Assembly (NCBI GenBank): GCA_013265495.1
Contig: MU058636.1
Coordinates: 7,890,295 to 7,954,294 of the forward strand
From: Vicugna vicugna
Lineage: Eukaryota
Direction of reading: 5' to 3'
DNA length: 64,000 nucleotides
The notes under the pieces are model-generated. The model had not been told where the DNA came from. It did not search any database and was given only the letters and a program-made list of their open reading frames with translations. The translations under genes were made by a program, and so were the position numbers. Positions 25,540 through 37,015 of the stretch are shown here, one piece after another (position 1 is the first letter of the stretch; each line of letters begins with the position of its first letter).

Positions 25540-26250
25540 TATTCCCTCCAGCCTCTTCTCTGAGACATTCTTGCCATAATATATTCGTCTTTCCCTCTTG
25601 ATTGGGGTCTTGCAGTCTATCCACAAATATGCACAGATGCCCCTACCCCGAATCCTTTCCCCCTTCTAGCTAACATCATTATTTCTAACCTTTCTCACCC
25701 AACAATTCCAGTGGGCACTACACTCACTGGTATACCCTCCATTTCGCTATTAAGGCATTTCTCCACAGCCCCTTTCAGCTTTCTTCTTCATCTTTTTCAC
25801 TGTTACCCCAGTTCCCTTAAGGTCATCTAACAACAACAACAACAAAATTGAGCTACCAAATGCAACAGCCTTATTTTCATTTCTATTTGACATAGGTGAT
25901 CTACCCCAGATCTTGAAATGCTCTCCTGCCAGTCTTTCTGGACATCACAACACCCTTGTTTTCTTCTACCTTTCCAAGTACACCCTTCAGACTTCCACTT
26001 GAATTCCTCCTTCCTCCTTCTCCTTCAGCCTAGATATGTCCTTGATTCTTATCTCTTCAATAGATATTTTACTTTCACAATTTTAACCATCATTCTTACA
26101 TAGACCAGTCCCATATGTAAGTCTTGGCCTCTCTATCAGGCTCTGGTTCTGACTTCTGTCTGCCTATGGGATGCTTTCACTTACAGATACCACCAACACT
26201 TGCCACCACATCACTATAACTAATTTTCATTATCTCTTTTCCAAAGACAC
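25540..26250 (+). mobile_element. L2 RT-region fragment with (CAA)n
   Basis: cttaaggtcatctaac...ttgacataggtgatc...tcttgaaatgctctcc...ttttcttctacctt. Confidence 0.55.
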
Positions 26251-28389
26251 CTTTGTGTCTATGTCTTACATTTCCTTCCAGAAGAACCACATTAAAACCA
26301 TGACCAAGAGATAAAGATCTCTGTTACTTTTAAACCCTTGCAAAAATGATAATTTCTTAAGCTTCTTAGGCAAACAAAATTTTTAAGCCAGGCTACAGAG
26401 AACTGAAGGGAAAATGATGATTCTTTTACATCTTAAGATAGATACAGTTCTGTGTTTTAAGACTCTAGATAAAAAAAGGATCATTTTACAAAGAAAATCC
26501 CTTCTATGGAGGCACATAAAGAGACTTAGGTAGATTCTTTAAAAGACAAGATAGGCTTAAGAGTACTTACCTTAGAGGAATCATTGATTTCAGATATAAG
26601 GCAAAAAGAGATCTTGGAAAAATAAGATGCTATATGAATGCAGAGATTGCTTCTATCTAATTATGTTAATTTAATTCCTTTACTCCATGGAGATCATGCC
26701 CTAAAGATTTCAGAAGATTTAGTCATCTTCTTCTGTTATAAATTTACTTTAAATCTTTCTTTCTTTGGCTGTCTACCTTTTGGTCTAGAAGGTTTTGGTA
26801 CAAAATATTTCCATTAGAAGAAATATTTGACTAACCCTTTAAAGTATGAACAAAATAACATCTGTTCTGGATTGCTAGCTGCTTCTTGAATAATAAGTCT
26901 TCCTACAGTTAAAAATGGATAATTAAAGTCTCTTTTAGAGACTTGATTTCAGAGAAAGGAAGCTCAGTAATTAAAATGAAAATGAAAAAAAAGAAAATGA
27001 AAACTGATCAGAAGTGAATAACAATTTTCCATTTCCATTTAAAGGAATCTCTCAGGCACAAGTTTTATTCACATTATCCAGGAGGCTACTCAGAGTATTT
27101 ATGTACTTTCCAAATAGTCTCAGATTTTGAGTAAAGCAAAGGCAAGCTATGTTATTTTGGTTCTATAAGATAAATAGGAATAAATAGCAATTCAAAAGTT
27201 CATGTTGTATCACAGGCTGAGAAAGGGGGGAAAAAGAACCAGCATGTGTTGATCAGGAGTAACTGGCCAAGGCCCTCTGTCCCCCGCACCCCACAATGGC
27301 CTCTTTCTGGGCAAATCTCAGCTGAGCAAGGTCACTATGGCAGTTCTAAGGTTGCTATGCCTTCAGAGCCCATCTGCCTCTCAACACCCGAAAGGTGACA
27401 AGGAACTGCTCATCATTAAGGGGCTGCTGTAGGTCTCCAGGTTGGAATGTTCTACCAGAGGTCAAAGATGCAACTAACCTCAAACAGGGATGCTCTTTAT
27501 CCATTCCCATGATGTGGCAGTCAAATGTGTTCAACATATTCATGGCTTTTAGTTCCGCCCTAACAACAGGAGAGAAGCACTGACCTCCACAGGTCTGTGA
27601 AAGAACCCCAAAACACCTGAAACATTCTCTGCAAGAAAATCTCAAAATCCCATGGAAATCAACAAGAAAAGACCACGAGAGGAAAACAAAGCTCACTTCT
27701 TTTTTCTAAACTAATATTGTTGACATTTCCCATCCACAGCATTCACACCAAGCTAAAGTGATTAATTATCTCACTTGTCACCTTCATAAAAGTTTAAGTT
27801 CTACTTGAGATGATTGGAGAACAGCTTAGCAATAATCAAAGCTTAGCAAAAACCAAAGCCACTAATTGCTCATTATCAGTTGAAGGAGTTTCATTTTTAA
27901 TATAATCTCTATTCCCCAAACTCTGTTTAATGAAGAAACTAAAGTATTAAAGACATCAGTCGTCACAGGCAAGGCTTTAGACCTTACAAAAGGTCTAAAG
28001 AGAATCAAAACAGCCTATTATTCAAGGTTCTATGTGGGAAAGTTGGGGGATCTGACGTTGCTGTAATCCAGGTGGGCTCCAAAGAGCATTTGGTTACATG
28101 TCTGTAAATGTGTTCATTTTGTTAGCTAATTTTGGACACTGTTAATTGCTGTACTTATATTAACCTATTTTTTTAAACAGGTAGCTTTGAGTGGTATACA
28201 ACGACATGGCTATCTTGAAAATAATTTTGGTATAATATAATAGACTGTGCCCAAGGCATTGGATAGTTTGTTTTTGTTCCACTACTTTTCACCATACATG
28301 CACAAACTTAATGGGATTCAACACACTTGAAACTTCTCAAAATAAGAACTTCATTCTATTTTAATGTCTGAATATGACATATTACTGAA

Positions 28390-28760
28390 TAGGTGAGTGT
28401 GACAAGTAGAAAGCATAATTCCTGATGCCACAGAGGGCAGGTAGGTAAGCCCAGAGTTTCCGTGGGTCAGCTCCAGCTGGGACCCCAGCAGGGTGACAAG
28501 TGGTTCTGGATGGCAGCTGCCCCACTCCAGGCAACTGGGGACTGCAGGTCCTGACAGATGCCTTGATCATCATGGAAGCAGAAGCCTCACTGGAAGTAGG
28601 TGCAGACCTGGGGCACCTCCCTGTTGTGAGCAAAGTGGCAGCTTGGACCCCCAGTGACAGGCACCTTGGGTGAAGTTCGCCATTGGGAGTGGGGACAGCT
28701 CTCCCCACCAGGGCCGCTGCCACCCAGCCCCACAGGGTCCATCCCAGCTGCTGCCCCTAT
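28390..28760. mobile_element. Possible old ERVL-type LTR fragment
   Basis: Abrupt GC-rich ~370-bp block between AT-rich sequence and an L1; family not identified. Confidence 0.3.
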
Positions 28761-28764
28761 TAAG

Positions 28765-29940
28765 AATCCTGATTTATTTTTTAATCCAATTTGACATTCT
28801 CTCTTAGCTGGCAAATTTGGTCCATATACATCTATTTTTATTGCAATGTATTTGAAAATATTTCTATTGTCCTATTTTCTGTTTCCTCTTTGTCTTGCTA
28901 TTTTAATGCATTTTCTCTCCTTTCCTTTTTGCCTTTTGATCTAGCCCATTTTTAAAATTCATCTAGTTGCCTTCTGAAATATTGAAAGTTATTCACTATG
29001 TTTTTATTTTATCTAACCCTTAATAACTTCATATTTACATATAACTTAAAATCAAAGTTAACATCTCCACCTTCCTCTAACAAATAAAAGATCTTAGAAA
29101 GCTTTAACTAACACCACTTGCTCACCAGATATCCTCACCCCATTTCTATTTCTATCTTAATTTTTTTACTGGCAAAATTAAATATTTTTGTCATAGACTC
29201 AACATTTTAGATTTACTCATATATTAATCTTTGTTCATCATTTCTTATTGTACCTCAGACACACCTTTAGTTTCCTTTTTCTTCTGCCTAAAGTAAGTCC
29301 TTTAGAAGCTTTAATAAGGGTCTGTTGGTAACAAACTGTCCAAATCTTTTTGTTGAAAATGTCTTTATTTTGCCCTCATTCTCCAATGCAATTTTAACTA
29401 GGTATATATTACCAGATAGACAATTCTTTTCTTTCAGCATTTTGAAAATACTGTTCTCCCTCCGTTGTTAATGTTAACAAGTCGGCTCTCTCACTAAGAA
29501 ATAGTGCCACCCAAAGGGTGGTCTACAGAGCTTGTCAGAACTGTAGATCTCAGACCCTACCCGACTCCACCAACTGAATCAAAGCCTTGAAGTAGTAGGG
29601 CCCAGGAATCTATACCATTGTTTACTAGCGTTCCAGGTGCTTCTAGGTTCATCAGAAGTTGAGAACTTAAGAGTAGTACATGTAGGCAACTTCCTTTCAT
29701 CAATTCCTGTTTTGAAGATCTTCAATACAATAATGATACATCTAGATGTAGGTTTATTTTATTTATTGTGCTTAGAAACTTTCATTTTCTTACATTGGAA
29801 GGTTCATGCCTTTCAATAATTCAGGGAAATCATCAGCCATTATTTCATCAAATATCATCTTTCCTACATACATTTTCTCCTTCTGTAATTCCAATAACAT
29901 GTGTTTTAAACATTTTCATTTCTTTCTTCCTAGAGTTTTT
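28765..29940 (-). mobile_element. Old L1M fragment interrupted by a MER5A-like MITE (~29502-29668)
   Basis: T-rich antisense L1 motifs (gaaaatgtctttattttgccctcattc, gggaaatcatcagccattatttcatcaaatat). MITE motif actgaatcaaagcc...gggcccaggaatct. Confidence 0.7.
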
Positions 29941-31289
29941 AATGTAGATCCCTTATACATTAATATTCTTAATGTTGTTTTCATAGGAAGAAAAAGTTCT
30001 GAATAGGAATATCTATACATGATTACATCTGCAGAAATTTAATCCAATTCAACAACTTATCCAGCAGATACTCAGTGACCCACACATACCTCTAGTCCCA
30101 GAATTGGGAAAGAACTTTGCACTAAAATTATATAGTATTTTACTGTCATTGCAATACCTTACAGCTTACCAAAAGAGCATCACCAAAGATATCCTGTAAA
30201 ATGGAATGACTGAGACCCTCCAGTGTGTATTTAAATAAAATCTCTTAGAAAATGGTCAAGTTTATATTACTTCGATTTTCAGAATGCAATGTGTTTTTTT
30301 CACAAAAAGATCCCCATGTTGATGCAATGATTTATTTTTAAACGCTTCTCAGTGAAGAAATGGTCAAGCTGAAAAAAAACTCCAAGATCTTTTCCTTTGA
30401 CTTTAAAGCTTATTTCATTAATAGTTATGTTCCCAGACTCCACAGAAAATCTGTTTTCTTGGTATTTCAAGGAACTTTCACCGAATCTGGTGAGTCAGTT
30501 ATCTTCACAGAAAAGCATGTCAGCAGTTTAAGAATGCTGGAATAATGGCTTCGTCTGAGCCCTCCTGTGCTTCCCCTCCACTGGAAAACACAAGAGGGAC
30601 AAAGGGCTTGAGCGGAAATGAAATCAGACATGGAACCTAATGGACGGAGAGGCATATTTTTCCTTAAAATGCTGATGGATGAATGGGAAACTTAAAGCTT
30701 GAGTGTCTTAAAAAGCTTTTAAGACTAATTTATCTATAATGATAATATGTCTGTGTACTGTGTAAATAAGAACCTGGAATGGACACTTCTGCCACATTTC
30801 ATTGTGACAGAAGGGAGATTTGATGAAAGCTTTCCCTACACTGAGTTTTTGGATAAACTCTTCCTCTGATTATTAAATGTCCAATTGTTTGAGATGCTTG
30901 CACTGAGAATCAGATAGCCACAGGGTCAGATTATTGCAGGAAATTTTTATGGGTGAGTTACACAGATTCAACCTGACTAGTTCGTGAAAGCTCAGCCGAG
31001 GCTGTGGAAACTCCATCTGTCCACCATCACCACTATCTTCACAGGGATACAGGGACAGCGGGCTGAGGACCAGTGCCTGCCATCAACGTAGCGCTCTATC
31101 TACATCCAGAAACTCCTTCCAAAGAAATTCTCTTCTTCTCTCTCTTCATCCAGAAACCCTCATAAAACAGGCAGAAACTACTGTCATCTGAGCCTTCCCT
31201 TGCCTCACTCCCCTCTCTCCTGTAACTTCCACCTCTCCCTTTCTGCTGGCTGTATCCCATTAGCCTAGATACACACACAAGTCCCCCAT

Positions 31290-31520
31290 CTCAAAAAAGG
31301 AATGAACAGAAAGCAAAGCAAGTCCTCTTTGATTTCTGCCTATTTGACAACAAGTTTTTCACTCCCTTCACTTTCAACTCACTGAAAGGGTAGTGCATTT
31401 CCACATCCTCACTTCCATATTTTCCTTCATTCTCAAACCCGCTATATAGTTTGGCTTCTGCCTGGATTCCCACCAACCCCCTTGCCTTAAGTGTTTCTGG
31501 AAATCACAACTAGTTACCAT
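31290..31520 (+). mobile_element. L2 fragment
   Basis: cattctcaaacccgctatatagtttggcttctgcc...ggaaatcacaactag. Confidence 0.5.
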
Positions 31521-31524
31521 CTTG

Positions 31525-32247
31525 AAGGAGGCTCAGTGACTGACTGACTTGGGGAAGCAGTGAGGCCTACTGTTCTCACAGCAATGGAGGCCCTATACTA
31601 TATGGAGGAGCCTCGCATAATGGAAGATCACAAGCAGATCTGAGGAGCAGAAGAGGTCATCTGTCTCGGGCACATCCTATGCCCACAGTTCTCTCGGCCT
31701 CACCTGTCATCTGGCTCTTGGCCATTTGTTCTGCCTCAATTACTGCCACAATGACCAGCTCCACGTGGGCTCGTGCAGTCCTGCTGCGGAGCAGACAGCT
31801 GGGGTCTCTGGCCCCTCTTCCTAACGCGACACTCAGATGGCGCCCCGCACCACGAGGCGTGGGAGCGGCTCTCCACAAGGTGCCCAGTGATGCAATCCGG
31901 AGTACAGGGAGCTAACACTCGGTGGGGGAACTGTGCTCACTGGGAGACAAGAGAAGGGAGAGTGCTAGCAGACAAAGTCCCTCTCCACACACCCTCGGAC
32001 GGACGGCTCTCGGGCACGGATTTTCTGTACAGCCTGTCTGCGGGCGTTTCATGTGGCTGAGAAACTGGCTGTTTCTTCATGAAGCAACGGCCAGCTCCGT
32101 AACGTTAGACCTTGTGTTACCACCCAGCCCTCCCTGACTCACTTCACTTCCCCTGTCTCACTGCCCTGAGATTACCCTTCCCAGGAAAGCATAACATTTA
32201 ATTCCTGCCTCAGGTTCTGCTTGGCAAAGAATCTGGGCTCAGTCTCA
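31525..32247 (+). mobile_element. ERVL LTR (LTR16-like)
   Basis: 3' end ctgagattacccttcccaggaaagcataacatttaattcctgcctcaggttctgcttggcaaagaatctgggctcag resembles the LTR16-family terminus. Sits between two L2 pieces. Confidence 0.6.
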
Positions 32248-32569
32248 TTTCATTGCTTACTTCACCTAGAGAAAACCTCAGATCTGGCTCCTGCTGATCT
32301 TTCCAATCTTATCACCTGATGGTCCCCCGCTCTCATCTTTGGGTAAACCAAGCAGGCTAAATGACAGGTTTCTGAGCTGTCCTCTTTTCCACAGCGTCAT
32401 ATGTCTGCTTCTTCTCTTCCTTCTGCCTGGAGAACCTCCCCTGGCCAGTCCCTCTGTGAAGCCCCAACCACGCCATGATCAAGCTCGGACAACAGTCAAT
32501 CCAGTACTTCACAAAACATCATTAAAATGAATGAGAATATTAAGAAGCCTCCTCTGAGTCTCTCTGCTT

Positions 32570-34100
32570 AGTACTGAAAGATTAAAAAGACAAAAAGCCA
32601 CACGCGATTGGATAAACACTTCTTCCTATTATGGTGAAAATATTTGAAATACAAGGAGATAAATACGGAGACCATCCAAAGTGCCTTCATTTATCAGCAA
32701 ATGAAATTGAAAGATTCTCAGCCAATATTGCTGAAAATGTAAAGAAATAAATATTAAATGATACAACACAGGAGGTTTTCTGTATAGATAGAAATGAGTA
32801 AAGACATTCTTCATAAATCAGTGTATGAGATTATGAGTCTGGTTCAAAAAAGAAATACAAAAATAACTCTTTTCCTTATGAACAATGAATGGAAAACATG
32901 TACCAAAGAAGATACATCCTCAACAGTAACTTCTTTAATAAAAATAATGATTTATGGAAAAATTATGCTTAATGGAATGGCTACTTTAAGTGGAATGAAA
33001 AATATTCTGGGATAAAGTCACAGAGACATTTCAACAGAGGAAATCCTGCTCTGTATTGTTTATAGTCAAAATGTTACAGCCAAGAAGTTGAAGCCAAAAG
33101 TGTCAAGTGATAGAGATATCAAAAATGTAGTTACTTTCCATGAAGATAAGGCCTTTAAAATACAGTAGACTCTTTCACAATACTTTCTAAGGATTTGGGG
33201 AATAACCAATAATCTTTTGAATGACATAGAGGAATTTTCTTCTTTTTTTAGCAAAATACATAAAAGATTTGTTGAATATAAAGGTATTCTACGTGCTTAT
33301 TATACAAAACACCATGTTCAAAATTTGCTATCTTATTCTGGGATGATAAGTGGTTGTCAAGACACACTTTTGTTTGAAAGATTTTCAAAGATGTAAACAC
33401 CCTTAATCACTTTCTTCAAAGTAAAGCTGCCATTTTGATAATTTTGATTTTAATAACGAGTGAGAAAATAACTGCTTCTTGAAAGAAACACACTCTGAGG
33501 ACACTATTTTGAAAAATGGATGTTAGAAATTATTTCCATCATTATATGATCATACAGTGGAAAGCAAAGTGCCTCCCATAACAACTCTCTTATGTGCTCA
33601 CTTTTTAATAGGTGAAAATAAATATTTCAAACCTACTTTTAATTCATCCACAAATGGGATTTAAGTGAATCTACATCTGTTTATAAAAATACATAAAATT
33701 CAGGGTCTTTTGATGACTTTGGAAAACAACTGCAAGATGGACATCTGGTGGGTGAGTTTTCAACTAAAATCTTTGCAAAATTGGTGAATGGAATTGAAAA
33801 GCCAGCATCATGATCTAGCAGGCACAACCAACAATGAACATGTTCAACTTGGATATATGTAATTTTGTAAGATATCTTTTCCATGATGACCACCATTAGA
33901 ACCAACAATGAAAAGAAATTAAAATTGAGAACCAGAACTTAAAACCAAGTTAAAAAAAATAATGTAGCATATTCAATCACAGTAATATGCACTGATAATT
34001 TTTTAATGTAATTGCTTATTTTACCTTTGTTTCATTCTTTTAAAATTTTAGTTTCTTCTGTTTGGTACATAATTCATGTATATAATAAATGAATATACAT
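32570..34100 (+). mobile_element. hAT-Charlie DNA transposon fossil (decayed transposase)
   Basis: Translated islands KKPHAIG*TLLP (32592), VTAKKL, IRPLKYSRLF, DDKWLS, NTLNHFLQSK occur in the order of Charlie/Buster (ZBED5/SCAND3-like) transposase motifs. Confidence 0.7.
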
Positions 34101-34117
34101 CAATTAAGAGTATATGA

Positions 34118-35212
34118 CTATTTGGCAATGATTTCCTGGATCTGACACCAAAAGCATAGGCAACAAAAGAAAAACGAGATAGACTGGGCTTCACCAAAGT
34201 AAGAAATTTTTGTTCATCAAAATACACTATGAAAAGAGTAAAAAGGCAACATATAGAATGGGAAAAATATTTGCAAGTCATATGTCTGATAAGGGATTAG
34301 TAGCCAGAATATATTTTTAAAACTCCTGCAAGTCAACAACAACAAAAAACAAACCAACCAATTTGAAAATGGGCAAAGGACTTGGATAAACATTCCTCCA
34401 AAGAAGATACACAAATGGTCAATAAGCACATGAAAAGATGCTCAACATCACTAGTCATTAGGGAAATGCAAGTCAAAACCACAATGAGATACCACTTCAT
34501 ATCCATTAAGATGACTATTATTAAAAACACACACAGAGAAAATAACAGGTGTTGGTGAGAATGTGGAGAAACTGGAACCCTCATACATTGCTGGTGAGAA
34601 TGTAAAATGGTGCAACCACTGTGGAAAGTTCTATGGCAGTTCCTCAAAATTCAAATATAGAATTACCATATGATCCAACACTCCCACTTCTAGGTATATA
34701 TCCAAAGAAACTGAAAGCAGAGACTTGAACAATACTTGTACGCCAATGTTCATAGCAGCATTATTCTCAATAGCCAAAACATAGAAATAACCCAAATGTC
34801 CACCGACAAACGAATGAATAAACAAATGTGATGTATACATACAATGGAATATTATTCAGGCTAAAAATGCAAAGATATTCTGAGACTTGCTACAATATGA
34901 ATGAACCCTGAAGACATTATGTGAAGTGAAATAAACCAGACACAGAAGGACAAATATTGTAAGATTCCACTGCGTACCTGGGGCAGTCAAATTCATAGAG
35001 ACAGAAAGTAGAATGGTGGTTCCCAGGAGCTGGAGGTAGGGGAGAATGGGAAGTTATTGTTTAATGAGTACAGTGTTTCAGTTTGGGAAGATGAAAAAGT
35101 TCTGGACATGGCTGCACAACAATATGTATGTTCTTAAATCCTCTGAGCTGTACACTTAAAATAACTTTTATGTTATGTGTATTTTACCACAATGAGAAAA
35201 TAATTAAAAAAA
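34118..35212 (+). mobile_element. L1MA/L1MB-type LINE-1, ORF2 end plus 3'UTR
   Basis: gacaccaaaagcataggcaacaaaag...aagatgctcaacatcactagtcattagggaaatgcaagtcaaaaccacaatgagatacc...; A-rich tail. Confidence 0.92.
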
Positions 35213-36048
35213 GAGTCCTTTACCAAAATGTATGGACATCTATCTGAATGAGAGACAGGCAGCAAGGGTAGATCTTGGGGAAGGAAGAAAGGGAGCAGGG
35301 AAAGGAGGTCTGTCTTGAAATTAAGACATGGAAGCATACTTCCTGTGTATCCCTTTGAAGGATATATCTATTGGGCACCCCTGGGAGATATCAGATTCTC
35401 CTAGTACGTGAAGACTTTTCTCAACATCTGTCCTGCCCTTCTCCATCTTCCCAGATTCTGTCCCCACAGTGTTTTTAACTTCATAGCAGTTGTCAAATCT
35501 GCCAAAGTTAAGCGGGAATTTGTAATAATCGATAGGCACGCTGCTGTGATGGTGGTAGGAGAAGTCTGGGCCATCTTTCCCAAGCATGCAGAAGGAGCTC
35601 CATTCAGGCAAAAGTCTCCTAAGGAACTTACATGTAGAGGAAACGGAAAGTCTACCCACGTGCCTAACTCCACGCAGAAACAACCTTCAGGCTCAAAGAA
35701 ATAAGTGTCTTCAAGTTTGCTGAACCAGAGCCTAGTTATGAGGAATTACCATAAACTTTGCCTGCTCAGTCTTCTTCCCCTAAAGTCTATGTTTAGGACC
35801 TCACTTTCATTGAAATCTTTGGAATTAAACTTTATTAACCATGTCACATATCATATGAGGTAATTCTTCTAAAAGATAATGAAATTTAAAACCCTCTAAT
35901 ACTTTTGGCTTAAAATACTATTCTATGCCTAGAGCAAGCATCAAAGATATGAATTTCTTTTTATTAAAGATTACCTGGAAGAGAGATAATATTTAATATG
36001 TGTGATGACAAATCTACAAAGAAAAAGAAACATCAGAAGGCTACTGTT

Positions 36049-36579
36049 AGGCCTAAATGTCCATCAACAGATGACTGGATAAAGAAGATGTGGCATATTT
36101 ATACAATGGAATACTATTCAGCCATAAAAAGACAACATAATGCCATGTGCAGCAACACGGATGTCCCTGGAGAATGTCATTCTAAGTGAAGTAAGCCAGA
36201 AAGAGAAAGAAAAATACCATATGAGATTGCTTATATGTGGAATCTGAAAAAAAAAGAACATAAATACAAAACAGAAACAGACACATAGACATAGAATACA
36301 AACTTGTGGTTGCCAAGAGGGAGGGAGATGGGAAGAGATAGACTGTGAGTTCAAAATCTGTAGATACTGACAGGCATATGTAGAATAGATAAACAAGATT
36401 ATACTGTATAGCACAGGGAAATATATACAAGATCTTGTGATAGCTCACAGCGAAAAAAAATATAACAGAGAATATATGTATGTTCATGTATAATTGAAAA
36501 ATTGTGCTCTACACTGGAAATTGACACAACATTATAAACTGACTATAACTCAGTAAAAGAAAGTTATTAAAAAAAAAAA
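36049..36579 (+). mobile_element. Younger camelid-type L1 3' end with poly(A) and probable TSD
   Basis: cctaaatgtccatcaacagatgactggataaagaagatgtgg...aactgactataactcag plus A tail. Flanks agaaggctactgtt (36035-36048) and agaaggctgctttt (36579-36592) match 12/14. Confidence 0.9.
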
Positions 36580-36874
36580 GAAGGCTGCTTTTGGAAGCTG
36601 TGGTTTCCCAGTGTTTAAACACTGGAAAACCAATAAAATGTCATTTTATATTTAAAGTGAGTATACTAATAATCTCCAGATATAGAAGTTAGTAGTTTTT
36701 TCTTAAAAAAAAAGGATGTTCTGAAGTTATTCTTATATAAATATTAATGCATCTTCTTTTACAAAAAAAAAATGATGTCAGCAGCTCCGCTTGCTAGGAT
36801 ACAAAATGTAAAAACACAGGGAGGAAATAAAATGCCATGGGAATATAGGATGGAAGAATCCTTGTTTTACCATT

Positions 36875-37015
36875 ATTTTAAAGTTTCCTCATTAGAAAGG
36901 AACTCCATGGGGGTAGGGACCATATCATTTTCGCTCATTTCTATATCCCCAGATCTTTTCAACAATGCCTGGTACACGGTAGCTATTTCACAAATATTTG
37001 TTAAATGGATAAGTA
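36875..37015 (+). mobile_element. L2 3' terminus
   Basis: aactccatgggggtagggacc...aacaatgcctggtacacggtagctatttcacaaatatttgttaaatggat. Confidence 0.75.

Noticed and set aside
31829..31845. CTCF-like AGATGGCGC (also near 63055 on the minus strand)
   Set aside because: The 5' half of the motif (CCAS) is mismatched, so the match is too weak.
34048..34840. Several minus-strand ORFs
   Set aside because: Antisense readings of L1 sequence.
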